Positions 38,301 through 44,847 of a DNA stretch of 61,278 bases are shown piece after piece. Every line of letters starts with the position of its first letter. The stretch's first letter is position 1. Under the pieces are notes generated by a model. It worked only from the letters and a program-made list of their open reading frames with translations, did not search any database and had not been told where the DNA came from. This DNA comes from a virus (lineage: Duplodnaviria; Caudoviricetes). The stretch spans positions 1-61,278 of IMG/VR virus record IMGVR_UViG_3300033153_009450. One strand, written 5' to 3'. Position numbers and translations under genes: made by a program.

Positions 38301-40834
38301 CCGGTCAATACAAGCGGCTTTTTACCCGCCGGTTCTGTGGCGGGCCGTCCCGTCATCGCCGCTACGGCTGGACTTGGCTTTTTTGGCTTTCGTAATGTAG
38401 TTACTACCAAATGAGTTTCTTGTTCTACCTTGCCTTCAATACCTGGGATTTCAATGGCTTCAATGTCATGTCCTTCTCTGAATTTCTCGACCTTAAAGCC
38501 TTCTTCCTCCGCAAATTGTTTTATTTCCCCGGGTGTCCAATAGCTGACCCATTTATCGCCTGTCTTGGTCCGGGTATAGAGAAACAATTTAGCCTGTCCG
38601 CCGGGCCTTAAGACTCGATTTATCTCTCTGAATGTAAACCTTATGGGTGTGGAATGAAGAGCTGCCACGGAATAAACAGCATCGAATGATTCGTCCTCAT
38701 ATTGAAGATTTTCCGCATCTCCTACTTCAAATGCAATATTCTTTACGCCCCTTGCGGCTTTCTTTGCCCTCTCAATAGCCTTGTCAACGACGTCGATCCC
38801 TGTAACATCGTGGCCTTTCTTTGCCATAAAAATACTATCACGACCATTGCCGGTGCCTATTTCTAATATATCGGCATTTTTTAAATCTTCACGGTCGAGG
38901 TCTTCAATTATTTCGTCGGCAAGAGGGGAATGCTCTTTTTCTTCGACATAATGAGGTTCTTCCACTTCCGCATATTCCTTTTGCCATTCATCGGAAGTCA
39001 TCTTTTTATTGTATGCTTCAATGCGCTTCTTCTCTTCACTGGATCTTTCAGAAAATGGAATCACCTCTTTTGCTTCCGGCGGAGGTTGAACCTTCTTACC
39101 CGTCATCGCCGCAATGCCCTGGCCTTTCTTCCCTTCTACCTTCAGCCTTTCACCTTCCACCTTCTTAGTGGTGGGAACCCCCTCCGTCATTGCAGTTCGG
39201 TCAGGCTGCTCGGGAGGGGGCTTTGGGGTTGGCTCTGGGATTTCTTGAATCTTTTTTTCTTCGGCTAATTCCTCAGCCGCTATCCTTTGCTCTTCTTCCT
39301 CATGGGCCAACTCGTCCGCCATAGCTTTACCCGCCGTCAGTGTGGTGGGTTCGGCGGCGGCGGATTCTTCGGCTGCAATGGCCTCCATGTCCGCCATAGC
39401 CTCGGCGGCGGCGGATTCTTCAACCCTAATTCTCTCAGCTTCAATCTTAGCGGCCTCTTCCTCGGCAATAATCTCACCCATTATGCCTTCAGCTTTGAGC
39501 CTCTTTTCCTCTTCAGCCTTCAGCCTTCTACCTTCTGCCTTCTCTTCTAATACCGATTCTTCACCGATATCCTTAATCATGCCCTGGTTATCGGAAATTC
39601 CACCCTCGTCTTCCTTCAGCCTTCTACCTTCTACCTTTTCTTTTTCTACCTTCTCCCTGAATTTCCTTGCTACCTCGACAAGATCCTCGCCCATCGCTAT
39701 GGATTCTTTTTTAATGACCGCGATGGTAGCGTTCATCTTCCATACACGGGCGATATCCGCGTCAACATCCTTTAAGGTTTTGTAGACCTCATTAACGGCA
39801 GATAGCCGGATCTTTTTATCTTCCTGCGTATCTGCTAATTTCTTCGCAATATCCCTGCGCTGCAAACTGGTTATGCTTGATCCAACCCCGAAGAAGATAA
39901 TACTTGCAACCGCAGTAGGGCCTAATGCGCTTTGCGCTGCTTCCCAGAATCTAACATCACCCATGCCGATATCATGGGCAAGCTCGGCCTGGACACCGGC
40001 GGTCGCTGTCTCGGTAGATACCTCGGCAAACATAATTCCACCGGCCTTTTTTAAATGCTGCCTGAATCCGGTACGAAATATTTGTTTGAGCCCGGCTTTT
40101 AAAGCGGATTTTGCAGGTGTTGTTAAAGGCTTTGCAATTCCAACGGTCAGACCTTCTAAGATATTCGAGACAAACTCAAAGCCGCCTTCCGCCATACCGG
40201 ACAGCATGGCATTGGTTTGTGCCTCACTTTTCGGGATACCTTTCTTTTCTGCCTCTTCAATAAAACTGTCATATTCCGCCAATCCGAACTGGACCCCGCC
40301 GCTTAATGCATAGCCGATCAATGCGCCTATTGCGGTACCCACACCCGGACCGAATAGTGTCCCGATTCCAGCGCCTGCTACGGCACCGGGAGCACCGGCT
40401 AAGAGTGATTGAACCGCTGCTTCAACACCTTCTGTAACCCACCGGCGCCATCCTTCTTTTGATTGCGGTGTTGGTTGGACAAATGGTGTCTCTTCTCTGA
40501 ATCTCTCAATGCTCTCTATGCCTGATGTTGCGGCTTCCTCTATCCAGTCTATCCCGCCTTCAGGGTCCAGAGTACGCAGCGCTCTTAATCCGGTTTCACC
40601 GGCTGAAAGTACGCCACGGGAGATCAAAGAACCTGCTTCCGCAAAAAAACCCCGCTCCGCAGGCGGGTCCCTTATCTCACTCGGTTCCTCTCCCAATAAC
40701 TCCGCAACAGTGAAATATTTTCGACCTGCCCGCCGGACGGCAGGCGGGTCTGAAACAGGAGGTCTTTTTACCGGAATAAACGGCGAGGGAGTTTCTTCTC
40801 CTAATAGTTCTCTGGCTGTATAGAATGAAGCCAT
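26339..40834 (-). CDS. Giant polyvalent/internal virion protein: class I SAM methyltransferase, DarB-like N6-MTase plus SNF2 helicase, HExxH and EEIQSD domains
   Basis: LEIGTGNG; LDPAMGGTG, NVPF, VGSGKT, DESH, ATGTP, QRDGR; HESVH; follows the ejection-protein genes. Confidence 0.9.
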   Translation of the reverse strand: MASFYTARELLGEETPSPFIPVKRPPVSDPPAVRRAGRKYFTVAELLGEEPSEIRDPPAERGFFAEAGSLISRGVLSAGETGLRALRTLDPEGGIDWIEEAATSGIESIERFREETPFVQPTPQSKEGWRRWVTEGVEAAVQSLLAGAPGAVAGAGIGTLFGPGVGTAIGALIGYALSGGVQFGLAEYDSFIEEAEKKGIPKSEAQTNAMLSGMAEGGFEFVSNILEGLTVGIAKPLTTPAKSALKAGLKQIFRTGFRQHLKKAGGIMFAEVSTETATAGVQAELAHDIGMGDVRFWEAAQSALGPTAVASIIFFGVGSSITSLQRRDIAKKLADTQEDKKIRLSAVNEVYKTLKDVDADIARVWKMNATIAVIKKESIAMGEDLVEVARKFREKVEKEKVEGRRLKEDEGGISDNQGMIKDIGEESVLEEKAEGRRLKAEEEKRLKAEGIMGEIIAEEEAAKIEAERIRVEESAAAEAMADMEAIAAEESAAAEPTTLTAGKAMADELAHEEEEQRIAAEELAEEKKIQEIPEPTPKPPPEQPDRTAMTEGVPTTKKVEGERLKVEGKKGQGIAAMTGKKVQPPPEAKEVIPFSERSSEEKKRIEAYNKKMTSDEWQKEYAEVEEPHYVEEKEHSPLADEIIEDLDREDLKNADILEIGTGNGRDSIFMAKKGHDVTGIDVVDKAIERAKKAARGVKNIAFEVGDAENLQYEDESFDAVYSVAALHSTPIRFTFREINRVLRPGGQAKLFLYTRTKTGDKWVSYWTPGEIKQFAEEEGFKVEKFREGHDIEAIEIPGIEGKVEQETHLVVTTLRKPKKPSPAVAAMTGRPATEPAGKKPLVLTGKTLLAKDVAGIDFENARGGRSYVEIRDDGRAWLPDDFSGDEQDAAVEVFGENVFFNEEGEDVGIPYDKVIEILEKESLPYTIKEKEHVSEEKGRVSRPEREERPGREEKAPGRPVPGERRPEEPGEGHGVSPAEPGGVLEEKKGEVKEAGVEEEVEKPSKFAKGDRVVLKTGTKQHGEVVEVISIKFTTIYGTKAGGMVGYLVKTDSGAKIQASDKEVEAETGKAPEVVESAAASAAAKAKADREAPADKEETGALTKEKKEVKLKATPEDLLAAYDRRLAEKKKEQAARQGAKPPAKEKLKEAGEHVANAVSKFKEINKLLGDEGVISFEEIDENDTTWQQVRVLLKEAWDEIVAAGKSLEEFVSIAVDNLGIRGRPYFEKFVREEIGGEEGGRKPERVEGVRTEGTRPLEGIPPDDVSGIAGEGRAERVPEGVRGEGGRGSAQPRAEGAEDLRGRRDRTAPAHPPAERGRGPEAGRNYRITDRDDIESGGKVAKYDRNIAAIKLLKKIEEEKRQATPEDQAVLVKYVGWGGMPEAFKTYSYKDTPWTGRAEKLEELLTEEEYEAARASTPNAHYTSPLIVSNIYDALKRMGFDGGRLLDPAMGGTGMFEGLVPAEWNSKIVGIELDSISGRIAKLLYPEADIRVQGYEDTKLPNDFFDLAISNVPFGDYKVFDPDYNHLKFFIHDYFFAKSIDKVRPGGLITFITSAGMMNKKDSRIREYISERAELVAAIRLPGDAFKKIANTEVTADIIFLRKLEAGKKPRGAKWVETKEYKKYLINEYFAKYPHMMLGKLVDDKLHPGRAALASDGRDLGEALAGAIDTGIPAEMYIKPVHEATEAPKTEDLMPAPDTVKNFAYFEQDGEIYQKKGDDAIPVPGTKKELGRIKGLVRLRDITRQTLHNQLEGKTDLEQSDLKKLNQVYDRFVKNYGYIHNVYNMKSVEDDPDLPLLLSLEVYDPEEKTAEKADIFRKPTMARFTPVEKVETAQDALVVSMFERGGLDFEHMARISGQSVESLEKELKGMVYLDPEGEKRVTADEYLSGNVRAKLEAARAAAEIDSKYKENIEALEKAQPEDIPPSRIKARLGMGWIPNNYIEEYLSELISARGHKVKYIPETATWVTEFDRWSGSDNMLREQRWGVHGADAIRLIGDALNLKATVITYTDSEGKSHVDQTATVNAQVKQKEIKEHFEKWIFEDIERQRNLIEIYNRNFNSVRNRKYDGGHLPDRLPGMAAWASLRPNQKDAVWRIIHGGNTMLGHVVGSGKTLSMITGAMELKRLGLSKKPLFIVPKHLIMQWQSEFMRFYPGAKLLAPTEKSLTPAQRAEFMARITTGDWDAVIITHPNMIKLPMSKKAQADFIRAQIQELEAAVIEEEAGLPAYDRGRRKTKTVKELEKSKRRLEVRLATVLKKGERDKTVTFEELGIDYMFVDESHKFKNLWAATRMTRVAGVQMQGADKTMDLFLKAQYVQRLNNGRGVIFATGTPISNSMGEMFTIQRYLAQDVLKDLQIHNFDAWAATFGDVAEEPEVTPTGSGFRMHTRFRNFINMGQLSTLFREFADIVHIEDIPFLKVPKMVGGEPDINRAEPSDEQKEYIQELDGRMDAIRSGQVDPREDNALVVTTDGVKAALDMRLIEPTLPDNPGSKVNLMINRAVDIYKKTSEDKLTQLIFCDFSIPKKDEFNVYHDVRQKLIDRGIPEKEIVFIHDANTDAKKAALFLKMNRGQVRILMGSTGKMGEGMNVQRKLIAIHHLDAPWRPSDVEQRDGRAIRPDNLNDEVHIIRYVTRGTFDAYRWQILENKAKFIVQAMKGGVDEMEDIGKAVLDYATVKAIASSNPLILEKVRVDADLIKMEAMHRGWMDQRFDLQSGIASRKTRITSVGRRIEDIKKDIETRQPKPDDKEFSFIIHGIPEYDIEEKTITDKKEAGQALAELYGMAKIEGKKKFRERTLAVGGYRGFTLYLDNIYQNTQTLFVGEHGNMIPVKPVSSYANEESAISTYISQLNREIDGLDGELKRYEDLIKKLNTEVSSLESESVNKETFKDIDKLEELRKKSREINATLMGAAPEIAPAAGRAYYKLNNNKEFEALLDAKGVEIVPWLETFIHQDKDMGTWIVSDARSGIIVRQGLSKKEAIDNARQALEGHGEEEVLGLSEQSVEEYGESPWVTGESAAKAKADMEKPEQYSVTPAIAALTKKHNLTYDGRWESLAGRPYAFTDNVTNSSVTVKDLKDLPARIKQLHESFGVLPEAAKRQKTRGFVTDAISLDDVRAVFKGQHVGISPDGDIWVRTKAGHGVTIKTVQQISEDSASFKLTYGRQKETGEFIAGKYKSGVIEIQEDIGNKWTLSHESVHFFEDAGILTNRDIAALKTRIKQLVNNGKFTTRNKEDIGGPEDRASYIADQLNKDVKGPVGRILKKIRDWVERFVNLFHRTARGVARDIETGRIFDLKTGPGAAEQAQMFATTAPPFYSQLMRAVETATDMPRKVQSLTKWLQRKQVKPAEMKWMGVEDWLKENQKEGKIDKDAFLDFLKANQIEIREIEKSVRHTDITADIQDAALTDAIEEFRGIIGEAEPGGMIDEEMIVEEYPDRDIGISVSAFWKRRVDELLNEYEDSGGGNDNASEELLKLTGVDIEGLYEQHIDQLKEGAGSPKFETYTLPGGEGYRELLFMLPEISVKQDFSLDDAAQEQYGKRFNDLNVDEKHIASLLHRRKSKDEIISPDTYRATHWDEPNVLAHVRFNERTDAEGKRVLFIEEIQSDWLQEAKEKGFKGQLKPLTPKEKTDAIDRLKQIERDIISATKDKDADRLRMLEEEARGLHNRMYATDVGVPPAPFLENWHEVCMKRMLRYAAENGFDTVAWTKGKHQIARYEDALRQNVDEIRWFKNTAAGEVEVSAKKKNNSVFSANIPLKGTTAIKGKEVELKDVIGKPLAQQIITSKEPYGTFKGEDLSIGGIGMRAFYDELLPGFMRKYVKQWSGKVGEQKIVTKEPAAGAVGLEVGDWAYYRTPEGPKWLRKDMAKNLERASEADFKDDLETVHSVDITSEMKQSVLFEGQAYYSVQKQPTGREVAQDIENDRSFVNKLFEMKDLAVFRIQNSVWDLQDQVKRLAGPASRKKLTLGFAYKPELKRSFASDQLDKAMTIRRDLGDNLEKADEFRAWAKEQLAGDIPARDRLKIKGQLKILDQAFKLTDEQNDFVDHMGDLFEDAFSLANAHKIIKTHRDNYVRRLWKLPEGKAEEFRGTGPGYGFKVYTTAAKQRTFDTILDGWMAGYELRVQGITSSYERYMTELATIMSNKAFLQRGVATVDVSGNAMFTAKPKPGYAPLKASGFSVWRWAGKAEIESEFRDEEALVVDTYGRKFFATTPERIPEQFAVYKNEESKKAIKLFDTMEEAEEFADKRHYDRIERRPPKDVSKMFEKQPLYAPKPIAEMINKMTATDTLFNTTPVAKELLRLNTGIKTWILLSSFFHHMAGTRSWVFGVHHGWKNVNPVKAFKAGLKKIEDLHPLIELGIKNGLTVGELQDWAESELRASTGLTEKLVNYLGLEKTGKVIEAGRFYRERFTDSLFKKYFAGLKAEAFVVEYTHELQKENEKYTSGRSKLPPNPNQIAERVARLINADFGGLHLKRMGRNPTLQKMARMLLLAPDWTESNFRTVSGMVPGLNKFISKTVGDVPGPKAMEDVYRRFWGRVMLRIAVSTIVAQLLLNGSDETEEFLEEQLLSNKANKLRWTEIDVTKLYHMLGVDTEGQRKTFSLGGHFFDPLKLIDPFRLVKHKGSPFVRAASAAFSGSDWAERPFTGIKEFVTTGKTIKKSAFQEKVGGLNRLPSVVVNQVVNMQPIQVGHFIRYMQGEEDGLTAIMHSMGAATHTAWGPRLETPIIAAEKGPDPVMDVINEMLKNETLNMGPPSRYLNINGVNQKMSREQYDKYLEESSTIARRKLAGIINSRRSDEWKARKIRAVIRNARKRIRGKIKRMMVKEGRRLKAEGKKEAA
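36853..37131 (-). CDS. TnpV-like small protein nested in the +1 frame of the giant ORF
   Basis: YALRAHDHLKEFRPTMFQELQEKGELNEFL...YEAEEIVL; the giant frame here is low-complexity. Confidence 0.65.
   Translation of the reverse strand: MKKVDANLKELRGYALRAHDHLKEFRPTMFQELQEKGELNEFLKESGERAGEEVRNLVLKGLKIYEAEEIVLPQHILLPSEEEVPKLGETTE
37846..38040 (-). CDS. Small basic phage protein nested in the +1 frame of the giant ORF
   Basis: AAGGAGAAGGAAC-ATG; MLVKRKDGYHVLSEK...HLGGPY...AYHRLNQVEYWK. Confidence 0.65.
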   Translation of the reverse strand: MLVKRKDGYHVLSEKKGPDGKRRHLGGPYQEKGDRKNPAKGTAYHRLNQVEYWKKKKAKSKKLG

Positions 40835-40835
40835 C

Positions 40836-42149
40836 TTATCCTGTTATCCCGCCTCTGATGAATCTTGACTTACCCCTTGACCGATTTGATATAAAGGAAA
40901 CAACCTCAGCCATATTCTCATCACCATGTTTTTCATAAAGCTCTTTAATCCTGGCTGTCTGACCATTCTTTCTGTAACGCCCATATTGCAGTGCGATCTT
41001 CTTTATTTCATCCGAACTAAGAGAAGGTGGTGCTATCTTCGCACCCTTTATGCCGAACTTTTCTTCCGGTTCCTTCTTCAACCTGTTCGAAACCTTTTTA
41101 AAAATATCCGCAGGTAGTAATTCCTTTAATCTTGACAGTGCCTTTTCTCTCTGTTTCGTATCCTTGATACTGAGCAGTTCATTGACCTGGGTATCAACCT
41201 CAAATCCCTCGCCATCTTTCCCGCCTATGGCTTTCTTGATCCGGGACTGGATCTCGTTATACTGTTTCTGGAGCGGGCCGCTGTCTGATATCTCCGAGAG
41301 CTGGTTTATTCCGTCCTTGATAAAGAGATCCCGGGCCTCTGTCTCATCACCATTTGCCTGTTTTAAATACTCCTGTCTGATCTGATCTTCTTCACTCAAC
41401 ATATCCCAACCGTCAGTAAGTACCTGCCTTGCTTTAAGAAGATCTTTTGCCGACATCTTCTTGTCAGCAACAGCCATGTTCAACATCTTCAATGTATTGG
41501 TTATCTTTCCTAACGCCTGCTTTTCCTGGTCGGTTGCCGTCCCGTTATTAATCTTTGCCAGGATGCCATCAGCCGTATCATGCAAACCGATCAATATCTG
41601 AGTGGCCGCGATCTTTGGATTCTCCTGTATCCATTTTTGAATCTTTTCATATTGTTTCATGGGCAGCTTTACGTTCGGATCAGGGAATAGTTTCATAAAG
41701 ATGGAATTACCCAACTTCCCCAATCCTAACTGGCCGCTTATCTCTGCAGGCGTATACTCCTTTGTCAACCGCTCATGTTCTTTCTTTTCTAAGTCAAATT
41801 CCTCTTTTTCCCGAACATCGCGGGATTTTTTCAATTTAATATCTTCTGTTCTCCAATCCCTCATAGCACTCCCGGCGGTCTCGGCCTCGGTAACTTTCCG
41901 CAGATCGAGCGCATGGCCGGCCTCAAAACGTCTTCCTTCCGCCTCGACTTTTGCGAGGCCCGTCCGGGCCTGAAGGATATCCTTCTGCCCTGATATCTCG
42001 GCCATGGATTTTGCGGCCTCAACATCGGCTAAGGCCACCTTTGTCTTGGACTCAAGGATTTTGTGGCCTAAATAATCCTTCATGATATCGCTTAAAGCCA
42101 ACCGCGTTTCTTTTAAAGCCGCTGGTACGGCCCCGTATGGATTCATCAT
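40836..42149 (-). CDS. Putative internal virion (ejection) protein
   Basis: Helical, charged; position. Confidence 0.6.
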   Translation of the reverse strand: MMNPYGAVPAALKETRLALSDIMKDYLGHKILESKTKVALADVEAAKSMAEISGQKDILQARTGLAKVEAEGRRFEAGHALDLRKVTEAETAGSAMRDWRTEDIKLKKSRDVREKEEFDLEKKEHERLTKEYTPAEISGQLGLGKLGNSIFMKLFPDPNVKLPMKQYEKIQKWIQENPKIAATQILIGLHDTADGILAKINNGTATDQEKQALGKITNTLKMLNMAVADKKMSAKDLLKARQVLTDGWDMLSEEDQIRQEYLKQANGDETEARDLFIKDGINQLSEISDSGPLQKQYNEIQSRIKKAIGGKDGEGFEVDTQVNELLSIKDTKQREKALSRLKELLPADIFKKVSNRLKKEPEEKFGIKGAKIAPPSLSSDEIKKIALQYGRYRKNGQTARIKELYEKHGDENMAEVVSFISNRSRGKSRFIRGGITG

Positions 42150-42670
42150 CGCTTAACCTCCCACAACTCAACCGTATTTTTCAAAATAGCTGCTAACTGA
42201 TCTGATAAACCGAACCGCTTTTTATTGATTTGAATGCTCTTCTGTATATCTCCGTCATTGTGTCGCATCGTGGCTGCCTTCCAATCGCAAAGCATCTCTA
42301 TTACATCAATCAAATTCATACAATTTACGGGCGTTGCACGAAAGGTAGCGTCTGCCTCCATTTCAAAATGCTCTGGATGATGTCTATTGTGCCCATAATG
42401 ATGATCGAGCCCGAATTTCATTTCCTCAAGGTATTTTTTGTATTCATCACTTCCATATGTAGTCTTTGCCAGTTTAGGGGTATATTCCACAAATACAGAT
42501 AATTCAGGTTCTTCAAGTTTTGACTGGTCATGTTTTTTTGCACGTTCCAGCAACTCTGAAATCACAGTGCCCAGCATGTCAGATACGTTTTTGATATGTT
42601 TCAAAGTTTCGTAGCAAATAATCTTTTCTGTCTCTCTCAAAAAAATTCCTCCATAATCTTCAATCTTCAA
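42146..42670 (-). CDS. DUF5662 HD-like protein
   Basis: HDQSK...HHY..NRHHPEHF...EMLCDWKAA. Confidence 0.8.
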   Translation of the reverse strand: MKIEDYGGIFLRETEKIICYETLKHIKNVSDMLGTVISELLERAKKHDQSKLEEPELSVFVEYTPKLAKTTYGSDEYKKYLEEMKFGLDHHYGHNRHHPEHFEMEADATFRATPVNCMNLIDVIEMLCDWKAATMRHNDGDIQKSIQINKKRFGLSDQLAAILKNTVELWEVKR

Positions 42671-42680
42671 TCGTCAATCA

Positions 42681-43097
42681 TCAATCCAGGAGTTCCTTCA
42701 AAATCCTCACATAAGTCTTCCCCGCAGTATCCGTATGCACACCGTTGATTATCCAGCCTGTGTGAAGTGCCACAAGAATGGTAGAGATATTGGTATTCTC
42801 CACATGGCCTAACATGAACCGGAGACCCTCTTCTTTCACATATGCCATGACATCCTTAAAAAACTGCTGTGCCAGACGTTGCCCGCGAATCTCCTTTGGT
42901 ATGCCTATCCTCTGGATATAGTAAGTCACCGCATCATGATAATACACGCTCATAAAGCCGATGTACTTCTCGTCTTCAAACCCTAAATAGATAATTGCCG
43001 GTATGTGCTTAGGGTCAACATCGTCAAATACTTCATTATGGATCGCAGGATATTGTTCCGCAATCTGATCATAATTGTATTTCTCTATCCTGAGCAT
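42681..43097 (-). CDS. GNAT acetyltransferase
   Basis: IGFMS...RGQRLA...VENTN...GW. Confidence 0.75.
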   Translation of the reverse strand: MLRIEKYNYDQIAEQYPAIHNEVFDDVDPKHIPAIIYLGFEDEKYIGFMSVYYHDAVTYYIQRIGIPKEIRGQRLAQQFFKDVMAYVKEEGLRFMLGHVENTNISTILVALHTGWIINGVHTDTAGKTYVRILKELLD

Positions 43098-43146
43098 TTA
43101 TCTGTTTCCCCCAATCTTCAATCTTCAATCTTCAATCGTCAATTCC

Positions 43147-43968
43147 CTACTTGTTTCCCCCGACCAATCCACTGACAAGACCGGCAGCTCCACCGACAAT
43201 TGCCCCGATTGGCCCACCGGCTGCAAATCCTATTCCAACTCCTGAAATTGTGCCTGCAACAGCGCCCTTTGTCCTGCTCTGTGTCATTCGCCCGACACCA
43301 TAACCGATACCGGCACCGGCAATAGGCCCTGCTGCATATCCGGCTACGCTCGGACCTGCCACCTCGACCGGTACTAAACCTGCGGATGCGCCTGCACCTG
43401 CAAACCCTTCGCTTGCCACTGCAAGTGAGGGGGCTGCCGTTGCCGCCGTAGGCCCTGCCGTACCTGCTGATATGGCAGCCAGAGATTGCCCGCCTTCAGG
43501 AGCCACTATGCCCGGAACTGTTTCCGCTGCTGTAATTTCCGACAAAGAAGTGGGGGCCGCATCATATCCAAGTACCGATGCAGTCTCTTCCACCCCGGTC
43601 GTCCCTCCCTTAAGCATCGAAGGGAGTTTTTCAATCCCGCTCACTCCTTTATCGCCGGATTTCAACCAGCCTAATCTCTTTGCACCATACAATCCCTGGC
43701 CGATTGCCGTGGCTCCTGAAATTCCCGTGCTAATCTTGCCCTGTTTTTCGGCTTCCTCGGCTGTGATCCTATCCAGGGCCAATTTGTCACTAAATTGTCT
43801 CCGGCTTTCTTCAAACCTGGCCTCGTCAAGGTCCTCTAATGCCCTGTTCCGACCGGACGCTATATATGCCGGGAGCTGAAACCTGGTAATATCGCCCAAA
43901 TTAATCCTGCGCCGCCGCCCGGTAACCGCCCCGTATTGCGAATCACTCAAATCACTAAGCGAAATCAT
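43147..43968 (-). CDS. Putative ejection/pilot protein with glycine-zipper C-terminus
   Basis: GGPIGAIVGGAAGLVSG. Confidence 0.6.
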   Translation of the reverse strand: MISLSDLSDSQYGAVTGRRRRINLGDITRFQLPAYIASGRNRALEDLDEARFEESRRQFSDKLALDRITAEEAEKQGKISTGISGATAIGQGLYGAKRLGWLKSGDKGVSGIEKLPSMLKGGTTGVEETASVLGYDAAPTSLSEITAAETVPGIVAPEGGQSLAAISAGTAGPTAATAAPSLAVASEGFAGAGASAGLVPVEVAGPSVAGYAAGPIAGAGIGYGVGRMTQSRTKGAVAGTISGVGIGFAAGGPIGAIVGGAAGLVSGLVGGNK

Positions 43969-44032
43969 TTGTCTTTACCTCCTCGTATCTACACCACCTA
44001 ATCCATGGTTCCGATGCTCTGCGTCTGAACCC

Positions 44033-44743
44033 TTATCTTGGTATCTCCACTCTCGTATCTACACCACCTATATATCTATTAGGATGGCCTGCTGCTTTAA
44101 ACCTTGAATCCCAATGATATCTGTTATCCTCGGGAGACAAAACAGGTTCAATGCCAGCCTTATATGCAGCCCTGTAATCATAATGATGTCCCGGATCGTC
44201 GGGATTAGGGTTGATTCCGATCTTCTCAGCCCATGTCTTGTACCAGGATTGAAACTCTTTCTCGTTAAATTCGCTATTTAGAGCACTTATCTGCCCTTCA
44301 TAAAACGGCCTTAACAACTCCAGGTTCTTTTTTCGTATCTCATTTGATTCCCTTATTAACCTGATATTTTCAAGATTCAACAATTCCTGCTTCTTTGCCT
44401 CTTCCAGGCTGATCTTCGCCCCTATACCGGCAACGCCTAAATTTGCCAGAGAAATACCCGTGGCCCACCGGTTAGCCTTTTTCGCATCGTCTAAAAGCTC
44501 GTACCTGAATCCCATCCGCGCATCATGCTGCCTGGACAGCTCCGCAAGACTCTTTCTTCCCATGGCTATCTTTTCGCCGAATTGCCTGGCTTCTTCCGCC
44601 TTTCGAGTCTCCGCCGTGATATATGCAAGGTCGATATCCTGAGTTGTAGGCAATGCCCTCACTGATCCGGGTGTCCTGTCCCTTTTTCTAAGGGCCTGCT
44701 GGTAATAATAATCACTATCCGCTAAGGCCAAAGGTACTGACAT
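44033..44743 (-). CDS. Putative ejection protein with appended C-terminal globular domain
   Basis: TGISLANLGVAG; C-terminal FQSW...YDYRAAYKAG...HWDSRFK...HP. Confidence 0.6.
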   Translation of the reverse strand: MSVPLALADSDYYYQQALRKRDRTPGSVRALPTTQDIDLAYITAETRKAEEARQFGEKIAMGRKSLAELSRQHDARMGFRYELLDDAKKANRWATGISLANLGVAGIGAKISLEEAKKQELLNLENIRLIRESNEIRKKNLELLRPFYEGQISALNSEFNEKEFQSWYKTWAEKIGINPNPDDPGHHYDYRAAYKAGIEPVLSPEDNRYHWDSRFKAAGHPNRYIGGVDTRVEIPR

Positions 44744-44847
44744 TTTTAAACTCCTTTAAGTAGGTATTTAGGTTGAAGGTTGAAGGCTGAAGCAAAACCT
44801 TTCTTTTTTTTCCTTCAGTCTTCAGTCTAATCACCTTTTACCTTCTT

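Noticed and set aside
26436-40823. Many plus-strand ORFs antisense to the giant gene, and likewise to other long genes
   Set aside because: Ser/Phe/Leu-rich shadow frames with no RBS or motifs
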